A DNA stretch of 62,891 bases, counting the filler, from Collodictyon triciliatum (lineage: Eukaryota), in assembly GCA_043381765.1 (NCBI GenBank). It is 5 parts of 5 records of this genome, joined end to end, with 100 filler letters (N's around TTAATTAATTAA, not from the genome) between each part and the next. Parts side by side here need not be neighbours in the genome. Positions count along the whole stretch, not along the records: positions 1 to 24,472 come from JBHJMP010000909.1; positions 24,573 to 55,364 come from JBHJMP010000911.1; 3 more parts are not named here. One strand, written 5' to 3'. A program made the position numbers and the translations under genes. The notes below the pieces were generated by a model. It ran no database searches. It saw only the letters and a program-made list of their open reading frames with translations, and had not been told where the DNA came from. Shown here one piece after another: positions 12,499-25,626 of this stretch (its first letter is position 1; every line of letters begins with the position of its first letter).

Positions 12499-13883
12499 CT
12501 AAACGGGCGTCATGATTTCATACCGGAATTCGGTGAATCCTCTCTCGTTGTTCAACTCATCTGCTAGCTGGGAAAACCTTGAAGTCCAGATAATTAAAAT
12601 TTAGGGTCCAAACGACTGAAGGCAAATGAACCAGAAGTCTTCTTTTGAAAATATCTGAGCCACCAGCTGTCGTGAAGGAAAACTTAAATGGGTGGTAAAT
12701 TTTTTATTTATAAAAATCTTCCTTACTTCTGACGCTCCACAGATGACTCGCTTCTCCACATTTCCCCCAGAATTTGAAGGAGTTGCTGGTTAGTTGCATA
12801 GGGATTTTCTGTCCTCACTTTTGTCCGCTTTACAATGGTGTACGCGATGTAGGAATTTATAGGTGTATACGACTTTGTCTTCCTATTTAAAAAAAATATG
12901 TAAACAAAACGAAAAGAATGCGCGCTAAGAGAGTGCATAAAAATGCATATGTTAAAAAGAAGTTAAAATTGTAAAGTTTGATGATAGAAGCAGGAAGGGT
13001 AGGGAGTGCACGTATATCGCAACCTTTTCCCAGAGCGACTTGCACGGTCCATCAGTGCAGAAGACACAGCAGAGGGCAAGGAAGATAATACAGAAGAATT
13101 CGATTTGGCCGATGAAGCAGCATTAGACGCATCTGCAGTCTTTTCTGGGTACATGTGCTGCATAAAATGATATACAAAGGGCATTTCTGGCTGTGGCTGT
13201 GTTTGTGATTGTGGTTGGGCTCTGTGTTTGTTTGATATAGGCGGAGGAGATTGCGGGCGAATGGCTGGCTGTGGAGTTTCAGTACGTAGCATAGGCGGCT
13301 TATTTGAGCTGGAGCCAGTTGTAGAATCAGGAAGAGGCTTCGATTCGGCCTCCTGCAGCGCCCGCGAGTTCTGACTGGCAAATTCCTGTGGCCGATGAAG
13401 TGACGTGATTTGAAGAACAGCAGAGGTCTGTGACAACTGCGACGACTCGGATGAGACGGACGATGATGTCGTATTCTTTGGGGCGATGGTGTGAAGTAGC
13501 GAGGCTGCATTGAGAATGTCATCCGAGTTGGGTGAATTGACCATGGAGTTGTGTTTGGGAGGGGACGGGTTGGCAGACACACCAGAATGTTGGTGAGCTC
13601 TCCTGGAATTGAATGCCGTCAGTTTATTTTCTTTTCTCTTTGTCTTTTTATCAGAGGGTCAATATACAACGTATATGTGATATGTGATAGGGGTGGATTA
13701 ATAAAGCAGCGATAGAAACTCATACGGTGGGTGGGACGGGAGGAAGTGATGAAGCATCGGCGGCTGAAGAAGCGGCACTTGGAAGGGGATCGCCGTGTGT
13801 GCGTCTGGGACAAAGCGGGGCAGAATGGGCGAAAGCGGCCGATGTTTGGGCGGCGATGCAGGCGCGCCGAGATTGAAGTCCAT
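12499..13883 (-). CDS. HMG-box transcription factor (3' end uncertain; may extend to ~12200)
   Basis: ATG 13883; exons 13883-13726, 13602-~13012, 12882-~12728, then from ~12577. Box reads TPINSYIAYTIVKRTKVRTENPYATNQQLLQILGEMWRSESSVERQK|FSQLADELNNER. Confidence 0.85.
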
Positions 13884-14962
13884 TCTGTGCGGCTGTTTGT
13901 GCGACAACAGAATGAGATGAAAGCGAGGACAACAAGAAAGAAGCTGGTGGGTCGACCCGCGGCACATTCATTCACTCATTTTTTTTTTGTTTTTTTGTTT
14001 TTTTGTTTTTTCGTTTTAGTTTAGGTGTGGTTGCTTTTGCACATTTTGCTGGGCGAAGAAAATCTATTTTTTTTTAAAGTCATTTGCCACCCCAAAACTA
14101 AAATCACAAAGAGACCATCAGAAATTGATAAAGCGCCAGAGCGATTCTTGACAAGCAAGAGGAGGAAAGGAGTCGGAACGGATAGGGAGAAGGGCAAAGA
14201 AGATTCGCGACACGTTGTGTGGTTGGCACGATTGTGGTATCTGCGGTGGCCGGTGAGTATCCTTGTAGTATAATTATGCTTTTTTTTTCTTTTCTACCGT
14301 CCTTGTTGCGACGAGCGCTTTGTTTGGTTCGATATTCAACTCTTGGTTGGCTTCAAAACAGCCGTGCGTTGCGTTCGCCTTTGTCCTTTGCCCATTCCTT
14401 TCCTCTGGTTTATTTTTATTTATTTTTTGGTTTCGTTTCTTCATCACGCTCCAGGACGACAGAGGTGCTTCTCAGAGGATTAAATTAATCCGGCGGTGTT
14501 CATGGAATATTCAATGCCTCGACAACTAGAGGACTTCCTTATGTGGAGATTGTAGCAACTACCACGCGCATATGTGGAATTACGCTTCTCGCTCACCTCC
14601 AATTCTCTGCATCTGACCCTCACAGCAGACAAAGCGCAGCCCAAAAGAAGCAGAGAGTGTTCTCCTGAAAAATGATGTCCATATTTGGAAAATAGAGGGT
14701 GCAGCCACTGAAGCAGCCGTATCTACGAATTTCTCTTTTTTTTTGTAATGCAGAAAAAAAAAGGTGCAGGAAAGTCACGTTTTCTTTTCTCACAAGGAAA
14801 GAATGTGTAATAGTACATTTATTCAGGCTTCAGTTATTATTTTTTTTTAGGATAGAGAAATTGTGTCGAAGGCATGTATCCTTCAATGCGCTGGTTTTTT
14901 TCTTTGCCTGGCTCCAATCCCTCCCCTCACAGCAGGAAATACGCGCATTGGAACGAATCCTA

Positions 14963-16654
14963 TCATATAAATTCATCTGACTGAGACCCGGCCTCCGAAT
15001 GAATGTGAGACTCTGCTGTCAACGATGTTGTTCCTGTTCCGTGTCGTTTCATGGACATGTAGGAAGACGAATTTGGAATCAGCAAAGGCGATTGCTTTGG
15101 GGACGAGCCGAGTAGATCCTTTCCGGAGCCGCCCTGGACTACACCGTCCCGACTCTTGAGGCTTGGCGAGCTAGACTTTCGACTGAGGCTTTTAGTTGCT
15201 AACACATCCGTCGCACTCCGATTGGCCTTACGCGCCAGCTGTGCTCGGAGAAGGGTCCGGATTTTTTCTGCAGCCTCCTCATCTACCAGAATCTCTCCTT
15301 GCTCAGAATCGTTCACCTCAAGCGGTGGCCTCGTCTCATTACAGACAGGAACTTCGTGTTGGCTAGAGCGAGTCTTCTCCGTCGATGTTTGGGTTCCACT
15401 TCTTGTTAAATCTTGGGTCGACGAGGTTTTCTCACAGGGGCTCCCTGGGCTATCGGACATGTGGAATGATGAGAGGGAATTTTGCTCCATAACAACATCC
15501 AGGGTAGATGGGCCGGTATTATTTATACGAGGACTATTTGGATGGATATCGGGAACGATTATTTGATTCAAACTGCCCTTTGCCGATATAGAGGGAGAAG
15601 CCGTATTGGATTGAGAGCGCGAGCGGAGAATGTCGCCTTCTTTGCCTTCATCTTCCTTAGAATCACATACATGAGAAAAAAAGACAAAACTTTTAGATTA
15701 AAAACTTGATTCATGGTTCAGACGTAGATGGGTGTTGAACGATGCTTACATCAGTCTTCCACCGAACAGAGTTTTTCTGCGGTAAAATTCCTGCAGTTGA
15801 AGACTGTTGCATCGGACTAGAGCTTCCTTGATTGCTCGCCAATTCTGAATTTTGAAGAGTTTTTTTTTTTTTAGAAAAAAGAAAGATAAAGTTCGTTTAC
15901 TATTTCTATTTCAAAAAATTAATATCTTACAATCTTAAATCATTTGGCGATTATGCTGACATAAAGTCAAAGTGATATTCCAAATTGTATATGTTTTGGA
16001 AAGCACTGCAAAATACAACCATAATTCCTTTGAAGCCTACCATTCTTTGTTCCTCGTTCCTGACTAGACGGCCTCTTTTTCGCTGCGTATGGTGCGGCCA
16101 TCGCACTTTTCATTGGTGGCGATTGCTTGACGATGGGGGCTTGGTTTGCAACCGCCAGTTTTTGGTCTGTTACCTTAGTCTTGTTTGCTGCATCCGATTC
16201 ACTTGGTGAAGGCATCTATCATACGATATAAATATATTCAGTAGATTTGATAGAATAAATTCAGCCTCACTACTTTCTGCACATGTTTTCACATATTTTT
16301 TTAAAAGAAAAATGAACTGAAAGTAAAGTAAAATAAAGTAAAATAAAGTAAAATAAAGTAAAATAAAGTAAAATAAAGCAAAGAAAAGTAAAGTAAAGCA
16401 AAAAAAGTAAAACAAAGCAAAACAAAGCAAAACAAAGCAAAACAAAATGGGCTATATGAGCTATACAGCGTAATTCCAGAACAAAATCCCCAACATTTAA
16501 AAATTATATACAAAAAAGAAAAGCATTATTGGGAGGCAAGTTGCAAAAGAACGCAAACTTATGGGCTGGAATTGTGACAAGCAATTCAGTCGCGAAAGGA
16601 AGGCGAGGACACACTCACCGCGTGGACAGAGTTCTTCGAGAGACCGCAGCCCAT
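14963..16654 (-). CDS. 4-exon Ser-rich disordered protein with N-terminal MGCGLSK acylation motif
   Basis: Exons 16654-16619 (MGCGLSKNSVHA|GTGAGT), 16215-16041, ~15844-15750, 15655-14963 join in frame. Contains KNSVRW. Confidence 0.75.
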
Positions 16655-17879
16655 GCCAATTGTTCTCCACCTTTGCTACCAGTTGCTTTTATTTTTCCGT
16701 CTGGTCCTGCTGCGGGCGATCAGAGTCTGCTGCTCCTGCTCTTGTGTCCGACCGAACCAAAACAAAGAAGCAAATGAGCGGAATAAATGAGATATCTTCA
16801 TCACTATCAGTATCAATATTAATGACAGTGGCTGGACTCTAGAGCTATTTTCACGGGCTTTTGATCCACCGCACGCCCGCCAGCTTTCCGCTCAAGTCCG
16901 AAAGCTGCGGCCAACCTTATCAACAAGCTCATCGCCACCAGTGGGATTTCTCTATGTCTTCGCACGGCGCCAACTCGGCTGTGTTTTGCCTTGGCCTTTT
17001 CATTCTGGGCAGACTCTACTGAAATGCTACCCGCGCGTGGGTAATGTCGCGTGTGTCTGCATTGGGATACCGAATTTGGATCAGCAGCTGCGTATGTTGA
17101 CTTTCATGCATTGGGAATTTGCGCCGCGTTATGGTTTGGAAGGGAATGCCGTTAATCCAGATGTGTTGCTGAAGTGTGAGGAGCTTTCTTTGTTGTGGTC
17201 GGTGCTGGTTGGGGCGATAGGTGGTTTCTGTCAAGCAACTCCGAAAGTAATAGCATCGAATGGTGTCATAATGAAAGCGTGATACCCAGTCAATTCTTCC
17301 TGCTCTTTACTTGTTAAAAAATTAGTTGATGGAATGGGAATGGTTCTTGTTATCTTTTTTGTTGGGCAATTTGAAGTTTTTTTTTTTTTTTTGCTTGAAA
17401 AATACGTTTGAGCTCAGAATGGATAAGCACAAAAAGAGGACCACTTTTATCGCGCACTATTTTGACTTGTGCGATAAACAATAGCAATGACATATGATGC
17501 TTGATGCATCCAACAATATCCGCGTGACATTCAAATATTATTTATATTTAAAAAATGCGAATGAAATATTCAGCATGAAGCCTACAACAAATTCACACTC
17601 ACGATATGATTTACTATCGTCCTTTCAAAAGATTTTTGCACTAAACAAATAACATGATGTTCATTCTTTAGATACACTTTTTTCTTTTTGCGTTATTAGC
17701 ACCAATGCCACATGGTTCGCATTTTTCTTACTTTTTAATCAATTATTTGATGATGTCAAGCTCCTTCATTTTTTTGGAAAAGCACACTCAGCACGAAATT
17801 AATTATTTTTTTTTTTAAAAAAAATATTGATATGTTCGTTGTTTCATAGAACTACAGAGTGTAAATATGTCTATAATTA

Positions 17880-20257
17880 CACATTCATGTGATTCTTCAG
17901 CACGAAAAATTTCAGAACGATACAAGGGCAATCTATTGATGGTGTTAGTAACGAATTGTTTATGAAGCAGTTATCTGATTCTGGGGTACTTCGATTAACG
18001 ATAGAGGTGCCTCTATACATTCACATATTTATTAGTTGGTCCTCTACCATATTGATAAATATATTGTACAAATAATAAAGACGGACTGAAGTCTAAGAAA
18101 CATAAATTTGAGAGAGACCAGCCAGGCACAATAGGTTGGAATATAGATGAGAGTTCATCACAAATGCTCCATTATGGAGAAATATTCAGCAGAAAGACAT
18201 CATTTGAATCCAATAAATGAAAATATTTTTTTTTAGCAGGATGACAAACGAGCAAGAGACAGTGAAACTCTTCAACGTGGCAATGTCGACTTCCCTGGGG
18301 ATTTTAGACAACCTTATGAATGGACCTGGCTCATCGAATATTGAAGCAGAATCATGATGGAGCGGATTCGGTGTGTTTGGATACTGTAGGCTAGAATGGA
18401 TTGCGTGGCGCTTCAATGTGTTTCAGAGTCGATTTCTTTGTGATTTTGCCTAAAAAAAAGAAAATGTCGGAAAAGTAGGGTCATCTATTTTGAGAAATTG
18501 TATAAAAATATAGGATGATGTAGAGGTCTCACTGGTCGCCACGGTCGCCAACAGAAAAGAGCAGAAAAAACGATATGATTTAAGAAATAGAGCAAACTGA
18601 TGACGCAATATATCGAATACTGAGATATAAATCCTGCTTCAACGGACCACAATCGATTGCATAATAGCAGTGTAATAGTGATTAATCGAAGCATGAATCA
18701 GGAGCGAACGTCCCAGAAGTGTGGCTTTGATTCATACGCTAATGTAATTGATTGATGAATAAAGATATACATATGGCCTGAAATTTAACCAAATAATCCA
18801 AGAAAAATACATGATGATTTGGTGGATGATTAAACCATTGGTATCCGTGTTGCGATGGGTCCAATTAATGTTTATTTTATCTAGGAGACAAGAGGATATG
18901 ATGCACTCTATAATAAAGCACGAGAACTTGAAAAATATACGAATATGTATTCCTCGTATTCAACGACATTAAGAATCTTTGTGTCTGTAAGCAAAATCTC
19001 ATGAGAATTCTATTTTGATTCAATTCGTAGATGTTATTAATATATTAGGGGATAGTAAATTCTAATAAATATATATTTTGTTACATAAACATTGTTTTCA
19101 GAAAATGAAAGATTTGAATCAAATAAAAGGGAAAATGCAGAAAATGTATGAGCATTACACCATGAAAACGATTGATTAATCGGCAAAGAGCTGGTATTCT
19201 TGAACGTATGACCCCTCACAATATCCAAATAATACAAAGCCGACACTCCAAGAAACAAGCGGTTGGTACGACACTCTCACATTAACAAAATATTGATAGT
19301 AGAAAAGTGATAAAATAACACAGTTACATGTATCCTGGGTTTAATATTGAACCGTCTTTTTCTTCAATTGTGTCGCATTTTTTAGGTCCCAAGTTTTGAA
19401 AAAATCCTTAAATGATAAAGTAAATTCGCATCATTACTCTAAGTTTAACTCGTTGCAAACACCAACCACCATCAATCATAACCTTTGTCCAAAAAGACCA
19501 TCCATTCTGCTAAAGAAAGAAATCATAGCCATGCTTAACATAAATTTGAAGAAAAAGTATTACCTAGATTATCAAGAATGAGGAGAAAAAAATCAATAAT
19601 GATCAAATCTTCACAGTTCACTTGGAAATAGTTTAATGCCTCGTCATTATAGTTATTATAATTGCCTCGATTTTTGTTTTGATACTGACGTAATATCTAC
19701 ATCAACGAATACAGCAATACATATGTATATTACCAAGTATTTTGTCAGCCTTTGGTTACAATTGCAAAAAAAATACGACCACTTGATGAAAAGAAACATA
19801 AAGTGTGAGTGCATATGAAGTTGCATCACATATACTATTTAGTTTTGTCGCCGTATCTGATTGATTCAATGCTTCAACTCTTTCATGAAACCAATAATTA
19901 TGGTGCTTTTTTTTTTGTATAGACCATAAACTAGCCTTCAACAATAGAATGTCACTTAAAAATTTCATTTATATTAGGATAAAGGTAGAAACATTGGAAT
20001 GCTTTGGGTGTTTGATTCGGTAGTTGATTTTACATGAACGAAGTGGTCGTAGATTTCGATTCGTTTCTCTTGTACAGCAAGTAGGAATTTTAACCACTCT
20101 CGAAGTTTGTAATTCCATTCAATCAGGAGACGTTATTATCACACGATGAGTAGGCCATGCGCTTAAAAAGTGTACATATATTCCGTAGATTATTTATTTT
20201 AGAAAAAAAATCAGTAAATCGACATACTTGATTTTGCAAGCGAATGGGCGCAACCAT
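17880..20257 (-). CDS. Probable AT-rich multi-exon gene, product unknown
   Basis: Short AG..GT-bounded open segments (MVAPIRLQNQ|GTATGT; FFQNLGPKKCDTIEEKDGSILNPGY; TKILNVVEYEEYIF; HMYIFIHQSITLAYESKPHFWD). A complete in-frame model could not be assembled. Confidence 0.3.
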
Positions 20258-21084
20258 TCCGTTTGGTGCCGTGTAATTTCAATCATAAGCACAAAATTAT
20301 ATTAAGGTGTGAAACAAAACCACATTACGAACTCCCTCCAACTAATCCCTATTTCACATAAGTGACAGAAGAAAAAGCAAAAACGCCTGACTATGAACAT
20401 TTTCTATTTTGCTTGTCATGCGATTGCCCCTCCAAAAAAAAAAAAGTAATAAACTAACAATCAAAAGTAAAACTCGTTCGTACCATCTCCAATTTTTGCG
20501 TATTACTATTAAGACTCAATCCTACCGTAATCAATCTGCAATATACCACTAATATCTAGTCAAGGATGTCCAAACGTGTGGATGTTACGGAACAAGAGCT
20601 CACGCGACTTCGGTTACGTCTAGTCTACGGTCTGAGAACATGATTTGGTACGAGATGGATTGGTGCTATTTTGAGGGTTTGGCGGTTTCCTGAGCCCCAA
20701 ACCTTGGTGCACGAACAACTCCATCTAACATTCATGTAAGTCATAATCGAAAGTATACTGCATGACATGTCCTGCTCAGCAATGTCCACGAGTGTGGGGC
20801 GAGACATGAATAATCTGTGCCTTCCTGCCGCACGAGCTCAGACGAATCGATGAAGAACTATGGAATGTCCAGCGCTGGTAAGAAAAGAGAAGAGAAAACC
20901 CCTTGTTTAATCGGCACACGACGCCCGACGAATTAGCACGCGCAACAAAACTCAACAAAACCCCAACAAAAAACCCCAACAAAAAACCCCAACAAAAAAC
21001 CCAACAAAAAAACCCAACGAAAAAACAAAGAATAAAGAAAACATAAATAAAATAAAATAAAAACACAGGAAAAGAGCCCTGAAA

Positions 21085-23432
21085 ATGCTCCGCAGCCTCC
21101 GCCGGCTGGTGCAACAAAGCAGCGCCTCACAGCCAACTGCACAAGCAGCACGTTTCTCTCCCGCACGACTTCTTCTCACGACCCGCTGCACAAGTGCCTC
21201 TGCCGTTTCACCTGAGGACGAAAAGCTCGACAGCTACAACTTCGACTTGCCGGAGGAGTCCATTGCCGTGAATCCGGTGGTTCCCCGCCATGCATCGCGA
21301 CTCTTGTGCGTCGAAAACCGTGCAAAGCATACACACATGACCGACTTTCTCTCCATCCACACATTGCTGAAGCCGCACGACCTTCTTATATTCAACGACA
21401 CACGGGTCATTTCCGCACGCATGTTTGCCCGCCTGACCGAGAGCACGTCATCCGGCGAAAAAGCGGAGCCTCGCGCTCAATCGAAAGGTCTGGAAAAACG
21501 AGACACACCCCAGACTCGTATGGCAAACGAGGTTTTTCTGCTTGAGCCACGGGGAGAAAATACTTGGTTGGCGATGTTTCGCAAGGCGAAGCGCATTCGG
21601 GTCGGCTCCGTCATTGAGTTTGTCAAGGAATCGCAGCCGCAGCTGCCAAAGTATAGTGTGCTGATGATGCCTTTAACATGTGATTTTGTTTTATTTAGCT
21701 TTGGATATATATTTACATTTACTGGTTCTTATTTACCTTTTGACGTAACCATCGAACCTCCTTTCTCTATACAGATTGTATGGGAGGATATTGGACGTTG
21801 ATGATACGATGGGATGCCGTGTAGTCAAGTTTGAGTCTACTGATGTCACAGGGTGGATTTCAGAATTGAAAAAAAAATGAGGAATAGAAAACTTTTTTTT
21901 TTGGATTCGTCCCATTTACACATACTATTTCATTTACGTTTATATAATCCAAGAAAAAATAATCAATTGTATTAGTTTGCAGATGGCAGACCTGATTCAT
22001 AACTATGGGGAAGTTCCACTCCCACCATATATCAAAAACAGCTCGGCCGACCCATCTCAGTACCAAACCATCTACAGCAAAAAGGAAGGTGCGGTGGCAG
22101 CCCCAACTGCTGGGCTGCATTTCACTGAGGAAGTCTTTAAGCTCTTGAAAGATAAGGTAGTCACATCAAAGTTCGAAGATATCCATTGACGAATGGACAC
22201 AAGAGTTGCTGATGCGCTATTTTATGCTTCGATTTTTCTTTGAAAAAAAAAAAAAAGTGATCAATATTGGACTAAATAACTCTGTTCATTCATACGTCTT
22301 AATTTTGTTGTTGCAGGGCGTGAACACAGAGTTTCTGACGCTGCACGTGGGTATTGGGACATTCAAACCTGTAAAAGTGACAAATATTAAAGAGCATGAC
22401 ATGCATGCAGAGTATGCCGAGGTGACAGACAAGGTTGTTGCGGCTATAAATTCAGCGAAGGTATGTGCTATTCAACAATTTGATCATAAATATATGCCTT
22501 TATCCATCAATGCTACTTTATTTTCCCCTTATCAAAAAATATATATATATAACACGTGCCTTTATATATACAGCGATGTTTATAATTGATTCCCCTGCAT
22601 TTAGCAAGCGAGGATTTTCAAACGAAGATTCATATTTTTCTCTGAATTATTCTTAATACAGGAGAAGGGTGGTAGAATATTTGCTGTTGGGACTACAACA
22701 GCTCGTGCATTAGAAGCAGTCGCATCAGCAAATAATGGCTCTCTTGTCTCACACACAGGAAAGGTAGCTGCAATCAAATAATGAAAATTGACTTGCTTTA
22801 TTGACCTTGTTCATTTCAATTGTATTTCTTTCTATATTTTTTTTTTAAAAAAAAAACAACAGCTCCATCTCGTTATTTTATATATTGATGATAGCTGAAT
22901 ATCTAATCACAGCCTTTCTGATAGTTTTGATCTATTATTTAATTTCATGGGTGATTTTGATCCTTTTGATGAGAACATATTACATAAATCTAGGGAATAA
23001 ATGAACACTTTTCTTAAAAAAAAATATACATATTTGCATATAATTTAAATTAGGTGAACATTTTTATTTACCCTGGATACAAGTGGAAAGTTCTAGATGG
23101 CCTCATCACAAACTTCCATCTTCCAAAAAGCACCCTTCTCATGATGGTCAGCTCACTCATCGGGCGTGTCCGACTTTTGCAATTATACAGGTAGAATTAT
23201 ATATATACAGCCGCAGTCGATGATGAATTTAAATCGTGTGTAGTCTTCCAAACTATTTTCCTCTGCGCAATCATAGTGCATGCATCGAAAGAGAATGTAC
23301 GTGGTGAATATTAACAAACACTTGCTGGATTGCAGGGAGGCTGTTGACCTCAAATACCGCTTCTTCTCATTCGGCGACGCGATGATTATCATGCCAGAAA
23401 GTAGAATCGACAAATTAGACACGCCGAATTAA
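21085..23432 (+). CDS. queA: S-adenosylmethionine:tRNA ribosyltransferase-isomerase (QueA), 7 exons, with N-terminal organellar presequence
   Basis: Exons 21085-21650, 21775-21852, 21976-22156, 22317-22460, 22662-22763, 23054-23190, 23336-23432 join in frame across six GT-AG introns. Motifs: [118 protein letters not shown]. Confidence 0.97.
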
Positions 23433-23719
23433 TCCCGTATACTAGCCAGCCAACACACACCCACAACCCACGCAAATACACACACAGCATTGATTATGCC
23501 CAAGAAATCAACAGATCAGCGCACAATAAAACCCAGAACCAGAGACCAACAAACATCGAGATATAAATTCCACATATATCACGGAGCGTAACTGCCAAAT
23601 CCGCTCTTCACGATCCATCATCAACCCCGTAAATCAAATCAAATCCAATGAAAAAAGAGAGAAAAAGAGACTCAAGCGCGACTCACCAAACGATTGACAG
23701 GTAATTGGCAGCGCGCAGC

Positions 23720-24280
23720 ATGGCAGCAAAGCCCGCCTTTGGCCACGCATCAATTGCCAATGCCAACTTCAACTCCACAAACACAAACGCAAACGCAAAC
23801 GCAAACGCAAATGCAAATGCAAATGCAAACGCCACTGCCACAATCGCCGCGCTTCCCGTCCATCGTCCCGCCCACCCGACCGGCGTGGTTGTGCCGCGCA
23901 CACGAACACAGACGGGACACACAAACCGGCCCAACGACCTCCCGCCAATCGACGCATCGGCCTTGTTTTCGCCGAACGCCTCGCTCCTCGCGTCCTTCTC
24001 GGGCGCGCCTTCGCCGAATCCCGCCGCCGCTGCACTTGCGACGCACTCTGTGCATTCGACGACCGGCCGCGTCTCGCCCTTCTCACACACACACTCGCAC
24101 ACACACTCCGCTGCCCACTCGCACGGCCCTCTGCCCGAGCACGATCTGTGGTCGTCGCCCTTCGCAGAGGCGCCCGTGCCGCGGGCACACTCGTCTCTTT
24201 CCCAGCGAGCAAGGTTGCCTGCTGCCTTTGTCCCTGCCTCTGCCTCTGCCTCTGCTTCCACTTATCCCTCTCCGTCTTGC
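23720..24280 (+). CDS. First exon of a low-complexity protein ((NA)n, His/Ser/Pro-rich), cut off by a contig join
   Basis: ATG 23720, GC-rich open frame, then intron-like AT-rich and (TATG)n sequence before the artificial spacer at 24473. Link to the downstream PIP kinase is unproven. Confidence 0.45.
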
Positions 24281-24472
24281 GTGTTTTCGATTATTCATGT
24301 TGTTTCCTGCAGCTTCGCTATACCTTTTATTTTCAACTCGTTTATTTTTTTATTTTTTTATTTTTTATTTTTTATTTTTTGTATGTATGTATGTATGTAT
24401 GTATGTATGTATGTATGTATGTATGTATGTATGTATGTATGTATGTATGTATGTATGTATGTATGTATGTAT

Positions 24473-24572
24473 NNNNNNNNNNNNNNNNNNNNNNNNNNNN
24501 NNNNNNNNNNNNNNNNTTAATTAATTAANNNNNNNNNNNNNNNNNNNNNNNNNNNNNNNNNNNNNNNNNNNN
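24473..24572. other. Artificial 100-bp contig spacer N44-TTAATTAATTAA-N44 (also at 55365-55464, 58220-58319, 61638-61737)
   Basis: Identical structure four times; the 12-mer puts stop codons in all six frames. Confidence 0.95.
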
Positions 24573-24620
24573 AAAAATAAAAAATATTTAAAAATTCTAC
24601 TTATAAAAAAAATTCCCAGG

Positions 24621-24655
<35 letters not shown>

Positions 24656-24742
24656 TCTTTATTGAATGTTTTCTTGTCTTCTTTCTTTGTTTTCCCTGGT
24701 TCGTAGACTTGTTAATGGCTCATGAATTTTTGTTTTTATCAG

Positions 24743-25594
24743 GGCTCGCAATATGGACGATACACCCCGGAGGAAAATCGTGACAGACCTGGTGTAACGT
24801 TTAAGGATAATGACTATCTAGAAATGCAAAAATGTAATTCATATATCAATCTAAATCTCTCACGGCCAGTCTCAGCCTTATAATGATTGCAGATAAATAA
24901 TTGCATACTAATGTTCCAACGACGTGTCCTCTCTTTTAACATTCCAATTACTTAGCAATCAACCTTTTTGGAATCGCTCCTCTCTTAGTCCGACAACTAC
25001 AAGCTGATGCTAGGGTAATATCCATGATGATTAATCTTTTAGTCTAGGAGTACTCATATTCAATCAACTCACTTCTTAACCTAACTTGCCTTATTCATCG
25101 GATGGGTATTTGTATTAGTTTCTCGAAGGCCTTGGTATCATGGACTACAGTCTTTTCATCGGTCTCTACTACGAGGACACTAGTTTGTATTCGCGATTGT
25201 TTTACTCTATTTGATGCAGACGTTAATTCATGCAAAAAGAAATATAACATTGTAATGCTTCTGTCCTCTATTTTTTTCTAATCTTTAACTATTTTTTTTT
25301 TTGGCCGATGCATTCTGCATATTGCTCCTTATTTTATTCCACAGACTTTCAGGGTGTCAATCCCAACCAACAGTCGATGGTACAAAGGAGAGATTATGAA
25401 GTTCTCAAGTATGTTTTTGGTTTTTTGTTTTTGGTTTTTTGTTTTGTTTTGTTTTTTTATGTTTTTTTATGTTTTTTTATGTTTTTTTATGTTTTTTTAT
25501 GTTTTTTTATGTTTTTTTTTGTTTTTTTTGTTTTTTTTGTTTTTTTTGTTTTTTTTGTTTTTTTTTTTTTTTTTTGTTTTGTTTTTTGTTTTGT

Positions 25595-25626
<32 letters not shown>

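Noticed and set aside
16860-17290. GC-richer ORFs upstream of the MGC gene
   Set aside because: No ATG-led, frame-consistent model or motif; probably UTR or promoter.
20566-20881. Possible tiny spliced peptide MSKRVDVTEQELTRLR...RIDEELWNVQRW
   Set aside because: Several competing splice solutions and no recognisable family; it may be promoter or UTR sequence upstream of queA.
21085-23432. queA as bacterial contamination
   Set aside because: Six spliceosomal introns in the same style as neighbouring genes, an N-terminal presequence, and no tgt/operon context.
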